Below are positions 62,743 to 64,000 of a stretch of 64,000 nucleotides of DNA, piece by piece. The stretch is from Hemiscyllium ocellatum (lineage: Eukaryota), in NCBI RefSeq assembly GCF_020745735.1, contig NC_083403.1:102944378-103008377 (forward strand). Reading direction: 5' to 3'. Below the pieces are notes generated by a model that worked only from the letters and a program-made list of their open reading frames with translations, was not told the origin of the DNA and did no database searches. The position numbers were made by a program, and so were the translations under genes. Within the stretch, counting starts at the first letter, position 1, and every line of letters starts with the position of its first letter.

Positions 62743-64000
62743 TTTCTTATCTGCTTGAATGTGTGATGGTCTCCATTTCCTCATTAAGACATCATTTGTT
62801 AAATAATAACACACAGGAATGCATTAACTTTCCTTCTCTGTAAATGCCTTTTGATATAATTGTTTTAAGTTCTCATCTTTTTGATGTAATTCAATCAGCT
62901 TAGCAGAGCTAAAGATACTTGCATGTTTACCTATTTGCTGTTTCTCTGTGCCATTTACCTGATCAAAAAAAGTCTCAGATAACACGAGGTCAGCTTCCTT
63001 ATTTGTGCCTTTTGCTTCCCTCCTGCATCAGCTTGTGACTCTGTGATTTTGTGATCACACAATCAGGGAAAATTTCTGGATAAACATTCTCCATATCTTC
63101 AGTTGCCTCCGTCTCCACTGGCTTTTCAATTAGAGTAGACAGCACACTTACCGGTGAATCAGCTCTATCATTTGCAAGGACAAATTGTATTCCTGGAGCT
63201 GAGAGTTTGTCTAGTTCTCCTACCACCAATTCTCCACTCTTCTCTGCACTCTCTAGCCTCACTTTACATAATTGAGCACTTCTTGTCTCACCATGAATTC
63301 CTGTTACCAGTACCTTTTCTGGCAATAATCCCTCATCCCACATATCTCCTCATTTTTCAATTTCGTAGACTGAGAGGATCCTGTGTCCCTCAATATTGTA
63401 ACCTCTTTACCTGCTACTCCTGGCCTATGTGAATAAGCAATACCCTTGCATGTATATTTTTTAAGCAGATCTGGCACTGCCTCCTTAATCAACCTCTGAT
63501 CATCTTGTACACTGTGAGGCAGTTGTTTAGCTTCCCTTGCGCTTTTTGTTACTAGTCCAAGAAAACATACAGGCTTGTCTGGATTTCCTACATCTGGCTT
63601 TCTGCTAGCCCACCAACCCTGTGGTTTCATGTGGCCCACTTTATTACAATGAAAACAACAAAGCTTTTTAACCTATTTTTCCCCCTCAAGGGTTTCTTTT
63701 TTACCCTACGGTAAATTATCCTTAAGATCGTCACTGAGATCTACCTTTCCTTTTTCACGTGAGGATTTCTCTTTTGACCTAGTTTCTATCCCTCATGGAC
63801 TGAAATTGATTTTAGAAGCCAAACTGTGTTTTATGCATCAGCTCATTATCATCAGCTACTTCAGCTGCTAACCTTGCTGTTTTAACTCTCTGCTATTCCA
63901 CATGGGTTTGCACTACTTCCTCACTGAGCCTACCTTCAGCCTTTATCTCCAGTCTTTTAAGCTGACTTTCCTTTTCGAGTGACAGTTTTTGAAGTTCAAA

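Larger units (their letters stand above)
55190..64000 (-). mobile_element. Gypsy LTR retrotransposon, Gmr1-like (gag-PR-INT-[RT lost]-RH-PPT-3'LTR), in EPM2A intron 1; continues beyond the window
   Basis: Gag knuckle CFHCNKVGH (~63640); protease ILRDTGS (~63380); integrase AHELPLGGHLG..HFYWPG..CQ and VLIDCVGP (62070-61700); RNase H PDYTKPFKVAINASGVGVGAVLLQ..YSTVEEE..YTDH (56750-56470); PPT 56084-56093; LTR 55190-56083 with TG..CA. Confidence 0.9.

Noticed and set aside
1-64000. CRISPR array, operons or prokaryotic defence systems
   Set aside because: Spliced vertebrate genes and vertebrate retroelements throughout; no regularly spaced repeat-spacer array.

Overview
Vertebrate genomic DNA, almost certainly from a cartilaginous fish (shark). 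This is inferred from the repeat landscape of HE1-type V-SINEs, HER1/CR1 LINEs and Deu-domain SINEs. Two host genes converge tail-to-tail. On + are the last five coding exons of TBP (4929-19641); the poly-Q/N-terminal exons lie upstream of the window. On - are exons 2-4 of EPM2A/laforin (54579-45063); exon 1 lies beyond 64000. PDCD2, the usual tail-to-tail neighbour of vertebrate TBP, is not recognisable between them. Most of the rest is decayed mobile DNA: CR1/L2 LINEs including one near-full-length copy, HE1 SINEs, a Tx1-like LINE, two Gypsy elements with the unusual Gmr1-type PR-INT-RT-RH order plus solo LTRs, and a deleted class I (epsilon/gamma-like) endogenous retrovirus nested in one Gypsy. 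There are also about a dozen Penelope-like pieces whose ends carry minimal hammerhead ribozyme motifs with covarying stems, one forming a 91-bp near-perfect palindrome with a ribozyme core on each strand. Several local templated duplications and inversions (26-280 bp) are visible. All calls were made by eye, without database searches.
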